The position numbers and the translations under genes were made by a program. Of a stretch of DNA of 64,000 nt, positions 18,815 through 28,100 are shown piece by piece. The notes beneath the pieces were generated by a model. That model was not told the DNA's origin, did no database searches, and saw nothing but the letters and a program-made list of their open reading frames with translations. Source of the DNA: Nitrosomonadales bacterium. GTDB lineage: Bacteria > Pseudomonadota > Gammaproteobacteria > Burkholderiales > Gallionellaceae. The stretch spans positions 34,043-98,042 of the forward strand of contig JAHFQY010000003.1 of NCBI GenBank assembly GCA_023259065.1, given 5' to 3'. How positions within the stretch are numbered: the first letter of the stretch is position 1; the number at the start of each line of letters is the position of its first letter.

Positions 18815-20188
18815 GTGAAAATATTGATACTGGGCGCCGGGCAGGTTGGCTCTACGGTGGCGGAAAGCCTGGTGAGCGAGGCCAATGACATTACCGTGGT
18901 GGATCTCGATGGCGATAAGCTGCGCCAGCTGCAGGATCGCTTCGACCTGAGCACGCTCACCGGCAATGCATCACATCCTTCAATACTGGAACAAGCCGGA
19001 ATCGCCGATGCCGACATCCTGCTGGCGGTGACGCAAAGCGATGAAGTCAACATGGTGGCCTGCAAACTGGCGGCCAGCCTGTATAACACCCCGACCAAAA
19101 TAGCGCGCATACGCGCCACCGATTACTTGGAACACCCGCAGATATTCAGCAAGGATAATTTCTGTGTCGATTTTTCCATCTGCCCCGAGCAAATACTCAC
19201 CGATTACGTGTGCAAGCTGATCGAGTTTCCCGAGGCGCTGCAAGTGCTGGAGTTCGCCGACGGACACGTTTCCCTGGTGGCTGTGCGCGTCTATGAGGGC
19301 GGCCCGCTGGTAGGCAATCCGATCAGCCACATGCATATGCACATGCCGCAAATTGATACTCGCGTTGCGGCGATCTTCCGCCAGGACAGGCCCATTATTC
19401 CGGAAGGTGACACGGTCATCATGGCAGGGGATGAAATCTTTTTCATCGCGGCCACCGAGCATATACGCACCGTGATGAAACAGCTGCGGCGCATGGACAA
19501 GCCGGCCAAACGCGTGATGATAGTGGGCGGTGGAAATATCGGGCGGCGCCTTGCGCTGGCGCTGGAAAATGACTATCAGGTAAAGCTGATCGAGTACAAC
19601 AAAAAGGCCTGCGAAAAACTCGCCGGCGAACTTTCCAAAACCCTGGTGCTGCATGGCGACGGCACCGATGAGAATCTGCTTCTGTCCGAGCATATTGGCG
19701 ATGTGGATGTTTTTTGCGCGCTGACCAACGACGATGAAAACAATATCATGGCGGCGCTGCTGGCAAAGAGCGGCGGGGCGCACAAGGTGATATCGCTGAT
19801 CAATCGCAGTGCCTATGTGGGGCTGGTGCAGGGCGGCAAGATCGACATTGCGCTGTCGCCGGCGCACGTCACCATAGGCTCGCTGCTGGCCTATGTGCGC
19901 CAGGGCGATGTGGCGGCGGTGCACTCACTGCGGCGCGGCGCGGCGGAAGCGCTGGAGCTGGTTGCGCACGGCGATCGTCAGTCTTCCAAGGTGGTGGGGC
20001 GCCTGATCGGCGAAATTGACCTGCCCAAGGGGGCGACCATAGGCGCGATCGTGCGCAACGGGGTGGTGATCATGGGCCACCACGATCGCCTGATCGAGCC
20101 AGACGACCATGTGATCGTGTTTGTGATCAACAAGCAGATGATACGCAAGGTGGAAAAACTGTTTCAGGTCGGGCTGGGATTTTTCTGA
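18815..20188 (+). CDS. trkA: Trk system K+ uptake protein TrkA
   Basis: 457 aa. Two RCK/NAD-binding repeats (MKILILGAGQVGS and MIVGGGNIGRRLA). GTG start. Confidence 0.9.
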   Translation: MKILILGAGQVGSTVAESLVSEANDITVVDLDGDKLRQLQDRFDLSTLTGNASHPSILEQAGIADADILLAVTQSDEVNMVACKLAASLYNTPTKIARIRATDYLEHPQIFSKDNFCVDFSICPEQILTDYVCKLIEFPEALQVLEFADGHVSLVAVRVYEGGPLVGNPISHMHMHMPQIDTRVAAIFRQDRPIIPEGDTVIMAGDEIFFIAATEHIRTVMKQLRRMDKPAKRVMIVGGGNIGRRLALALENDYQVKLIEYNKKACEKLAGELSKTLVLHGDGTDENLLLSEHIGDVDVFCALTNDDENNIMAALLAKSGGAHKVISLINRSAYVGLVQGGKIDIALSPAHVTIGSLLAYVRQGDVAAVHSLRRGAAEALELVAHGDRQSSKVVGRLIGEIDLPKGATIGAIVRNGVVIMGHHDRLIEPDDHVIVFVINKQMIRKVEKLFQVGLGFF

Positions 20189-20246
20189 TGGGCGGCAATC
20201 GACCAAGCCGGTTCCTGAACATGCGGCATGCTAGCCGGGAACGCAT

Positions 20247-21704
20247 ATGCTGCGCGCACTAACCGTTCTCCATGCCCTGGGTTTGATGCTGGTGGTATTC
20301 AGCATTGCCTATGTTCTGCCCATGGTGGCATCGCTGATTTATGGTGACGAGACCCTGATAGATTTTGCCCTGGCGATGCTGGGGACGTTTGCTTCCGGCC
20401 TGCTGTTGTGGGTGTTGACGCGGCGCTACCGGGGAGAGTTGTCGATACGCCATGGATATTTGCTGGTAGTGGTGATGTGGACGGCGATGCCGCTGTTTGC
20501 CATGATACCGCTGCTGCTGGTGCTTCCCAATCTTTCCCTGACCGACGCCTATTTCGAAACCATGTCCGGGCTGACCACAACGGGAGCAACCGTGCTGACC
20601 GGCCTGGATACCCTGCCGCCGGGAATCAATCTGTGGCGGCATGAACTCAACTGGCTGGGCGGCATGGGTATCATCGTGCTGGCGGTGGCCATTCTGCCCT
20701 TGCTGGGCATCGGCGGACGGCAATTGTACAAGGCCGAAACGCCCGGCCCGATCAAGGATGCAACGCTGACGCCGCGCATTACGGAAACGGCGCGCAACCT
20801 GTGGCTGGTCTATCTCGGCATCACCATAGCCTGCGCCATATCACTTAAAATTGCCGGCATGTCCTGGTTTGATGCGGTGTGCCACGCTTTTGCCGCATTG
20901 GGGCTGGGCGGCTTTTCCACGCATGATGCCAGTGTCGGTTACTTCAACTCGCCCGCGATTGAGGCGGTGTTGATTGTGTTCATGCTGCTGGCGGCGATGA
21001 ACTTTGCCACGCACTTCATGGTGTGGCGACAAAAAAGCCTGAAGCTGTATTTGCACGATACTGAAGGCATAACCACTGTCATGGTGGTGCTGGCGAGCTG
21101 CCTGGGTATCGGTTTTTACCTGTGGTGGCAAGGCACCTACCCGAATTTCTGGACGGCGTTGCGCCATGCCAGCTTCAATCTGGTGTCGCTGGCGACGGAC
21201 TGTGGTTTTGCCGGCGAGGACTTTAACAAGTGGCCGATCTTTGCACCCATGTGGATGCTGTTCCTGAGCAGCATCACTGCCAGTTCCGGTTCCACCGGGG
21301 GCGGCATCAAGATGATACGCACCATAGTCCTGTTCAAGCAGGCGGGGCGTGAATTCCGCAAATTGCTGCATCCGGCGGCGGTCAATCCCATGAAAATTGG
21401 CGGGCATGTTGTCCCCAACAACATCGTTTTCTCGGTGCTGGGTTTCATCTTTTTGTATTACATGAGCGTGGCCACGCTCACCTTTGCCCTGCTGATCAGC
21501 GGGCTGGATTTCATATCCGCGTTTTCGGCCATCATTGCCTGCATCAACAACGCCGGGCCGGGCCTGGGAGTGGTGGGGCCGGCAGGCAACTATGGCGTGC
21601 TAAGCGACTTTCAGACCTGGGTCTGTACGCTGGCGATGTTGATAGGCCGCCTGGAAATTTTTACCCTGCTGATCATTTTCACCCCGCGCTTCTGGCAACG
21701 CTAG
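20247..21704 (+). CDS. trkH: Trk system K+ uptake protein TrkH
   Basis: 485 aa polytopic membrane protein with TrkH selectivity-filter-like motifs (TTTGAT, GLGGFS, SGSTGGGIK). Adjacent to trkA. Confidence 0.9.
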   Translation: MLRALTVLHALGLMLVVFSIAYVLPMVASLIYGDETLIDFALAMLGTFASGLLLWVLTRRYRGELSIRHGYLLVVVMWTAMPLFAMIPLLLVLPNLSLTDAYFETMSGLTTTGATVLTGLDTLPPGINLWRHELNWLGGMGIIVLAVAILPLLGIGGRQLYKAETPGPIKDATLTPRITETARNLWLVYLGITIACAISLKIAGMSWFDAVCHAFAALGLGGFSTHDASVGYFNSPAIEAVLIVFMLLAAMNFATHFMVWRQKSLKLYLHDTEGITTVMVVLASCLGIGFYLWWQGTYPNFWTALRHASFNLVSLATDCGFAGEDFNKWPIFAPMWMLFLSSITASSGSTGGGIKMIRTIVLFKQAGREFRKLLHPAAVNPMKIGGHVVPNNIVFSVLGFIFLYYMSVATLTFALLISGLDFISAFSAIIACINNAGPGLGVVGPAGNYGVLSDFQTWVCTLAMLIGRLEIFTLLIIFTPRFWQR

Positions 21705-21828
21705 AATAATATGCGCTAAAACATTGAACAGTATGTGTAAAGTGCGGTAGCATCGCAGGCAATTACGATTAAGCGCGCAATTACAGTAAACGGTCGGGCT
21801 GAAAACCAATGTTTATGGAAGAAAAAAA

Positions 21829-22239
21829 GTGAGCGAAAGCAATCCTCTGGCTGGCATAAAAGTGGTTCTGATTGATGACAGCAACACCATCCGTCGCAGC
21901 GGGGAAATTTTTCTTTCCCAGGCAGGTTGCCAGGTTGTATTGGCTGAAGACGGTTTCGATGGTTTGTCCAAGGTGGTCGATACCAAGCCCGATATCATCT
22001 TCGTGGACGTGATGATGCCGCGCCTCGATGGTTACCAGACTTGTGCGCTGATCAAGAATCATCGTGAATTCAAGAACACCCCGGTGGTCATGCTGACCAG
22101 CAAGGACAGCCTGTTTGACCGGGCGCGGGGCAAACTGGTGGGGGCTGATCAATATCTGACCAAGCCCTTCAGCAAAAAAAGCCTGACCGATGCGGTCATT
22201 ATGCATACACAACAAAAGGAGAGTGATTATGGCTATTAA
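21829..22239 (+). CDS. pilG: CheY-like response regulator PilG
   Basis: Single REC domain (VLIDDS...DVMMPRLDGY...TKP). First gene of the pilGHIJ-chpA order. Confidence 0.8.
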   Translation: MSESNPLAGIKVVLIDDSNTIRRSGEIFLSQAGCQVVLAEDGFDGLSKVVDTKPDIIFVDVMMPRLDGYQTCALIKNHREFKNTPVVMLTSKDSLFDRARGKLVGADQYLTKPFSKKSLTDAVIMHTQQKESDYGY

Positions 22240-22594
22240 ACAGATACTGGTGGTGGATGATTCCGCAACCGAGCGTCACATCATGGGCGAGATCCTGACT
22301 AAGCAGGGCTTTACCGTGACGTTTGCCGAGGACGGTGAGTCGGGCGTGGCCAAGGCCAAAGCTGACAAACCCGACCTGGTGATCATGGATGTGGTGATGC
22401 CGGGCCTGAACGGCTTTCAGGCGACGCGCGCAATTACCACGGATGAAGTAACCAAGCATATTCCGGTCATTATCTGCACCACCAAGGGCCAGGAAACCGA
22501 CAAGATCTGGGGTGAGCGCCAGGGCGCGAAAGATTACGTGACCAAGCCGGTGGACGGCGCCGAACTGCTGCGCAAGATAGCCGCACTTAACTAG
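22229..22594 (+). CDS. pilH: CheY-like response regulator PilH
   Basis: 121 aa REC domain (ILVVDDS...DVVMPGLNGF...TKP). Start at the ATG at 22229 (MAIKQIL). Confidence 0.8.
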   Translation: MAIKQILVVDDSATERHIMGEILTKQGFTVTFAEDGESGVAKAKADKPDLVIMDVVMPGLNGFQATRAITTDEVTKHIPVIICTTKGQETDKIWGERQGAKDYVTKPVDGAELLRKIAALN

Positions 22595-22596
22595 CC

Positions 22597-23091
22597 ATGG
22601 CCAAGCGTTTCAGTCTGCGCGAATTCCAGCAGAACGTGCTTAACCGCCTGCAGGAGCAGGCGAGTGCGGGTGACCGGATTACCACGCTGGGGGTGCAGGT
22701 GGGGAGCGAAAACTGGCTGGTGGACATGACCGAGATCAGCGAAGTTCTGGAGGTGCCCAGAATGACGCCGGTGCCCCTTACCAAATCGTGGTATCGCGGT
22801 GTTGCCAATGTGCGCGGAAATATATACGGCATCATTGATTTGGCCGCTTACACCAGCCATGCTGAAACGGCGCAGGATGCGCAAAGCAGGGTGCTGCTGC
22901 TGGGGCAGAAGTACTCCTTCAATGCCGGCTTGCTGATCAGCAGGGTATTGGGATTGCGCAATGCCAGGGAGTGGCAGCGCAGCGAGCAGGATGGAACAGA
23001 GCGCTATCAGGACGATAGCGGACAGATGTGGACAAAACTCGACATAAAACAGTTGCTGCAACAGCCCGAATTCATGCAAATCGGGGCGTAA
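22597..23091 (+). CDS. pilI: CheW-like coupling protein PilI
   Basis: 164 aa CheW domain (VPLTKSWYRGVANVRGNIYGIIDL). Position is between pilH and pilJ. Confidence 0.8.
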   Translation: MAKRFSLREFQQNVLNRLQEQASAGDRITTLGVQVGSENWLVDMTEISEVLEVPRMTPVPLTKSWYRGVANVRGNIYGIIDLAAYTSHAETAQDAQSRVLLLGQKYSFNAGLLISRVLGLRNAREWQRSEQDGTERYQDDSGQMWTKLDIKQLLQQPEFMQIGA

Positions 23092-23118
23092 CACTAAGCT
23101 CACCCGGAAGGACACAAG

Positions 23119-25137
23119 ATGGCACTCAAAATCAATATACCGTTTAAATTGAACAACCCCTTCAAGAAGGGGGCGAGCGCACCCAAGAAATCTGCCGGGC
23201 CCATGGCCATCCCCCTTATCGGGCATATGTCCATAGGCAAGCAGCTGCAACTGCTGGGTGTGTCGCTGCTGGTATTCCTGATGATCGCAGTGGTGTCGGC
23301 GTATTTTGATAACCGTGCCGCGTCTTACGGTACGGTGTACGTGGCGGAATCTTCCAAACTGCTGATGTTGTCGCAACGCCTGGCCAAGGATGCGCAGCAG
23401 AGTCTGTCGGGTAACTTCAATGCGTTCGAGGGCTTGACCCAGAGCCGCCAAAGCATGACCGAGGTGATGACCACGCTGGACGTGGGCGACGCGCATCTGC
23501 CGCCTACCCGCGGCAAGCCGCGCGAAGCGCTGGATGAGCTGATTCCGCATGTAAAGAAAACCGTTGCAAACGTCAAGATCATGGAAGAGGGCCGCACCGG
23601 CCTGTTGACCTTGTCCCGCGCGATTACCGTTATCAACTCGATGGAACTGGAACTGCGCGGCATGACGCAGCAGTTGATGGAACACACCAGAAGCCCGGAG
23701 GCCACGCGCTTCACCTTGCTGATCGAGCGTATGGCCAAGGATGCGACCTCGATGCTGGCGGAAGTGTCCAATGAACAGCTGGCATCCCTGGGGAAGGATA
23801 CACAGGAAGCCGACGAGCTGCTGTCCAAGTTCCCGCTGACCGATCCGCTGGTGTCGGACATACGTGAGTTGTTTGACGGTTACCGCGTGGCCTCGGACAC
23901 GATCGTGGCCAACTCGCAAAACCTGGTGGGTGCGAAGCAGGCGGGTAAGGCGATTTTTGATACCAGCGACCAGTTGCTGGAGCAGGCGCAAAAACTGACC
24001 AACGCCTACGAGGGCTCGCTGTCCAACAGGATCACCAGTTACACCATGGTGGCCGCCGGTGTAATGGTTATCTTGCTGTTGGCGCTGCTGGCCAAGGTGT
24101 ATCTGGAAGATTCGCGTCATCGCGCACAGGAAGCGGAGCACGTAAACAGCGTTAACCAGCAGGCGATTTTGCGCCTGATGAACGAACTGTCCGATCTGGC
24201 TAACGGAGACCTGACAGTCAAGGCGACGGTGTCCGAGGATATTACCGGCGCGATCGCCGACTCGGTCAACTACACCACGGACGAGCTGCGCAAACTGGTT
24301 GTGGGTGTGAGCTCGGCCTCACAGCAGGTGGCCAAGGCGACCAGCGAAGCGGGTGCAGTGACCAAGGAGTTGCTGGTGGCGTCGCAGAAACAGTCGGAGG
24401 AAATTCGCGATGCGGGTAGCGCGGTAGAACTGATGACCAAATCCATTCAGGAGGTTGACGCCAGCGCGGCCAAATCTGCCGAGGCGGCGCGCAAAACACT
24501 GGAAGTGACGGTGCAGGGTGCGCAGGCGGTGCAGAACTCCATTTCCGGCATGGACGGCATTCGCGAGCAGATCCAGGAAACCTCCAAGCGCATCAAGCGG
24601 CTGGGCGAGAGCTCGCAGGAGATTGGTGAGATCGTGGACCTGATTTCGGACATTACCGAACAGACCAACGTGCTGGCGCTGAATGCGGCGATTCAGGCGG
24701 CGTCGGCGGGTGAGGCGGGCCGGGGCTTCTCGGTGGTTGCGGAGGAGGTGCAGCGACTGGCGGAACGTTCCGGCGAGGCGACCAAGCAGATCGGTTTGCT
24801 GGTGAAGGCGATTCAGAGCGATACGCACGATGCCGTGTCGGCGATGGAAAAGAGCACGCAGGGTGTGGTTGAGGGTGCCAGGTTGTCAGACGCTGCGGGT
24901 CAGGCGCTGCGCGAGATTGAAGAGACCACGCACGAACTGGCTGACTCGGTTAACAGCATTTCCGTATCGACCCAGATGCAGACAGACATGGCGACAGAAG
25001 TGGCTTCGGTGATGAAGGAAATTCTGCAGATTTCCAAGCAAACTGCTGACAACACACAACGTACCGGACACTCTGTAGCGCAATTGGAAAAATTGGCAAC
25101 GGATCTGAGCGGATCCGTTTCAGGCTTTAAGCTTTAA
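23119..25137 (+). CDS. pilJ: methyl-accepting chemotaxis protein PilJ
   Basis: 672 aa. N-terminal PilJ-type periplasmic domain, TM/HAMP, and a highly conserved MCP signalling hairpin (EQTNVLALNAAIQAASAGEAGRGFSVVAEEV). Confidence 0.9.
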   Translation: MALKINIPFKLNNPFKKGASAPKKSAGPMAIPLIGHMSIGKQLQLLGVSLLVFLMIAVVSAYFDNRAASYGTVYVAESSKLLMLSQRLAKDAQQSLSGNFNAFEGLTQSRQSMTEVMTTLDVGDAHLPPTRGKPREALDELIPHVKKTVANVKIMEEGRTGLLTLSRAITVINSMELELRGMTQQLMEHTRSPEATRFTLLIERMAKDATSMLAEVSNEQLASLGKDTQEADELLSKFPLTDPLVSDIRELFDGYRVASDTIVANSQNLVGAKQAGKAIFDTSDQLLEQAQKLTNAYEGSLSNRITSYTMVAAGVMVILLLALLAKVYLEDSRHRAQEAEHVNSVNQQAILRLMNELSDLANGDLTVKATVSEDITGAIADSVNYTTDELRKLVVGVSSASQQVAKATSEAGAVTKELLVASQKQSEEIRDAGSAVELMTKSIQEVDASAAKSAEAARKTLEVTVQGAQAVQNSISGMDGIREQIQETSKRIKRLGESSQEIGEIVDLISDITEQTNVLALNAAIQAASAGEAGRGFSVVAEEVQRLAERSGEATKQIGLLVKAIQSDTHDAVSAMEKSTQGVVEGARLSDAAGQALREIEETTHELADSVNSISVSTQMQTDMATEVASVMKEILQISKQTADNTQRTGHSVAQLEKLATDLSGSVSGFKL

Positions 25138-25155
25138 GCGAGGCCAAGCCGTAGA

Positions 25156-28100
25156 ATGGTTGATACCCGGCAATTTAATTCACTACCACTGCTGTCGGCA
25201 AAGCATGGGCTGGATAGTTCGCTGTCCATAGTTGGAAGCGAACTGGAAACGTATTTCTCAGAGGGTGTAGCCGGCTCACAGCACTTGCAGGACGCGCTGG
25301 CGGAGCTTCATCGTGTCACCGGTGTGTTGCGCATGCTGTCCCTGGATGGCGTCGCCGTCTTCAGCAATGAATTTGAAAATGCCCTCAATGAGATAAAGTC
25401 GCAGCAGCAGGCGCCCTCGGCCATGCAGCGGGAAGTCGTGCTGGGCGCCATGCAGGCGCTGACGTATTATCTGGATGCGCTGGCCAGCGGGGCGTCCAAT
25501 ACCGCCCTGCGCCTGTTCTACACCTACCAGGAGCTGCACCAGTTGCGCGGACTGGAAAGCGCCTTCGAAGTCGATCTGTTTTTCCCCGATCTGGATGTCA
25601 CACTGCCCGCCTCCGTTATGGAAGCGCCCGCCGGCAATGATGCGCAGGCGCAGATTAAAACCTCCAGGGCGCAGTACCAGCAGGCGCTATTGAAGTGGTT
25701 GCGCCAGGATAGCCCAATCGACGCATTGCGCACCATGCGCGCTGCAGTGATGACCGTGATGAGCTGCGTGCCGCAGAATCAGGAACGCGCATTCTGGTGG
25801 ATTGCTGCCGGTCTGCTGGATTGCCTGATACTGGACGGACTGCCGCCGGAATTGAGCGCCAAGAAATTGCTTGGGCGCATAGATCTGCAGATGAAATCAC
25901 TGGCCGATCACGGCCGCGCCGACGAATACGCGGCAACCTGTGAAATGCTGTACATGCTGGCGCGCAGCCATTCGGTGAACGATACGGTGGAAAGCATCAA
26001 ACAGGTGTACGCCTTGTCCAGCTACCTGCCGGAAGCTCCCCCGCTGCCGCCCGGAGAGACTGCTCAAGTTCTGGAACAGATGCGCCATCACCTGAATACG
26101 ACCCAGGAAATCCTGGAGCGGTACGTAAAGGGCGATGCGGCCACCAGCCAGGCTTTCACCGAGCATCTGGAACGGCTCTACGCCCTGTCGGAACAGCTGG
26201 ATCCGAACACGCTGCAATTCCTGTGCAAGCAGATGTACGCCGCAGTGTCACATCCGGACGATCCAGACGCTGTGCATAACATCATGTCGGACATGACCAT
26301 GGGCTTGTTGTTGCTGGCCAATGGCATTGAGCATTATTTGATACTCGGAAACAATTTCCACGAGCAGGTTCGCATCATAGGCCAGCGCCTGCAGGCGGCG
26401 GCAGATCTGGCGCCGCTGGATGAAGAAAGCATGGACAACCTGATTGCCTTGCACTGTCAGGGTGCGGAGCATGAAGTGTTGATTCCGCTGGCAAGCGAGA
26501 TGAAAAACAACATGCAGCAGGTTGAGCTGATCCTGAGCGCGTTTTTCAACGACAACGGCAAGCGTGCTGAATTGGCTCCCTTGCGCAGGCAGCTGAGCCA
26601 GGTGCACGGCGGCCTGTATATTCTGGGCCTGGCAACGCCAGCCAGATTAATGTCCGGCTTGTTGCAGTGCATTGAGCGCTATATAGGCGGGGGCAATCCG
26701 GCGGCCACGGAAATGCATAATGTCGCTTCAGCAGTGAGCGCCCTGGACGCTTATGTAAACGATCTGGCGCAGGGACAGAAATCGGACAGCAGTGCCATGG
26801 AGCCGCTGGTCGAAGCGCTGCACACAGAACAGGCGCCGGTCGCCGAGGAAGAGGCGCCTGCTGCTGCAATCGCTCCGGTGGGCGTATCGGTGCGCGAGGG
26901 CGGCGAAGACGACGAATTGCTGGAAGTCTTCCTGGAAGAGGCGCAGGAAGTGCTGGAAACGCTGCATGCCAATCTGCTGGCCTGCCAGGACAATCCGCAT
27001 AACCGTGAATCCTTGATTACCATCAGGCGCGGCTTCCACACCCTGAAAGGGAGCGGACGCATGGTGGGCCTGACCAATCTGGGCGAGGTCGCGTGGGCGC
27101 TTGAGAAGGCGATGAACAAGTGGTTGCAGGAGGAGAAACCGGCCACACCGGCCCTGCTGGAAATGATAGGCGATGCCGAGGTTCTGTTTGAGCACTGGGT
27201 GGACAGGTTGCGCACCGGCGCAACAGCCCTGATCGACACCGTTGCCCTGCTGGCTGCCGCGCAACGCATAGAAAACGGAGTCGAGGTGGAAATTCCGGTG
27301 GCTAAAGCAGTCGTGCCGGAAAAGATTGAAGAACTGGAGACGATCGCCACAGAGCCGGAGGTGCAAGCGCAGCCGGCACCCGAGCCGGAAGGCGTGTTGA
27401 TAGGTGCGGTGACTATCTCGCCGGTGCTGTTCAAGATAGCCACGGAAGAGGCGGCGAGCAATGTGGCTGCGCTGCAGCGCCAGGCTGCCGAGTTGCGCGC
27501 AGCAGAGATCCCGCTTGTTACCTACGACAGCATGCGTGCCGCCCATACCCTGGCGGGCATCAATCGCACCATGGGAATCAAGCAAATCGCGGAACTGGCG
27601 AGTGCGTTCGAGCTGTGGCTGCAAACCCATCTGGATGGCCCGGCAACGCTGGATGAAGAAAAATTGGCCCTGCTTGACCAGACTGTCGCGCGCCTCGATG
27701 AAATGAACCAGCAGCTGCGCAGCATGCAGGAACCACAAGCCCAAGCGGAACTCATCGCACAATTGCAGGCAAGCAAAATCCAGGCTGCAGCAAGCGCGGA
27801 GCAAGTCAAACCAGCGGAGTTGGCGGCAGCAAACGATACCGAAGGCTTGGCGCTGGCGCTGGATGCATTGCAGTTCGGCCAGGAAGAAGCAGAACCGGAA
27901 AAGATCAATTTTGCAGAGCTGGAGTTGATGGCTCCAGAGGAAGACAAGGCGCTGGATTGGCAGCTCCCGGTGACCCACGACAGGGAGCTGGAGCCTGTTG
28001 CACTGGAACCCCTGACAGAGCCGCAAACCCAGGCAGAAGCGGAAACTGCTTTCTCCTTCAAGCTGCCAGAAATTGAGCAGGAGCCGGAGTCGCCAGGGTT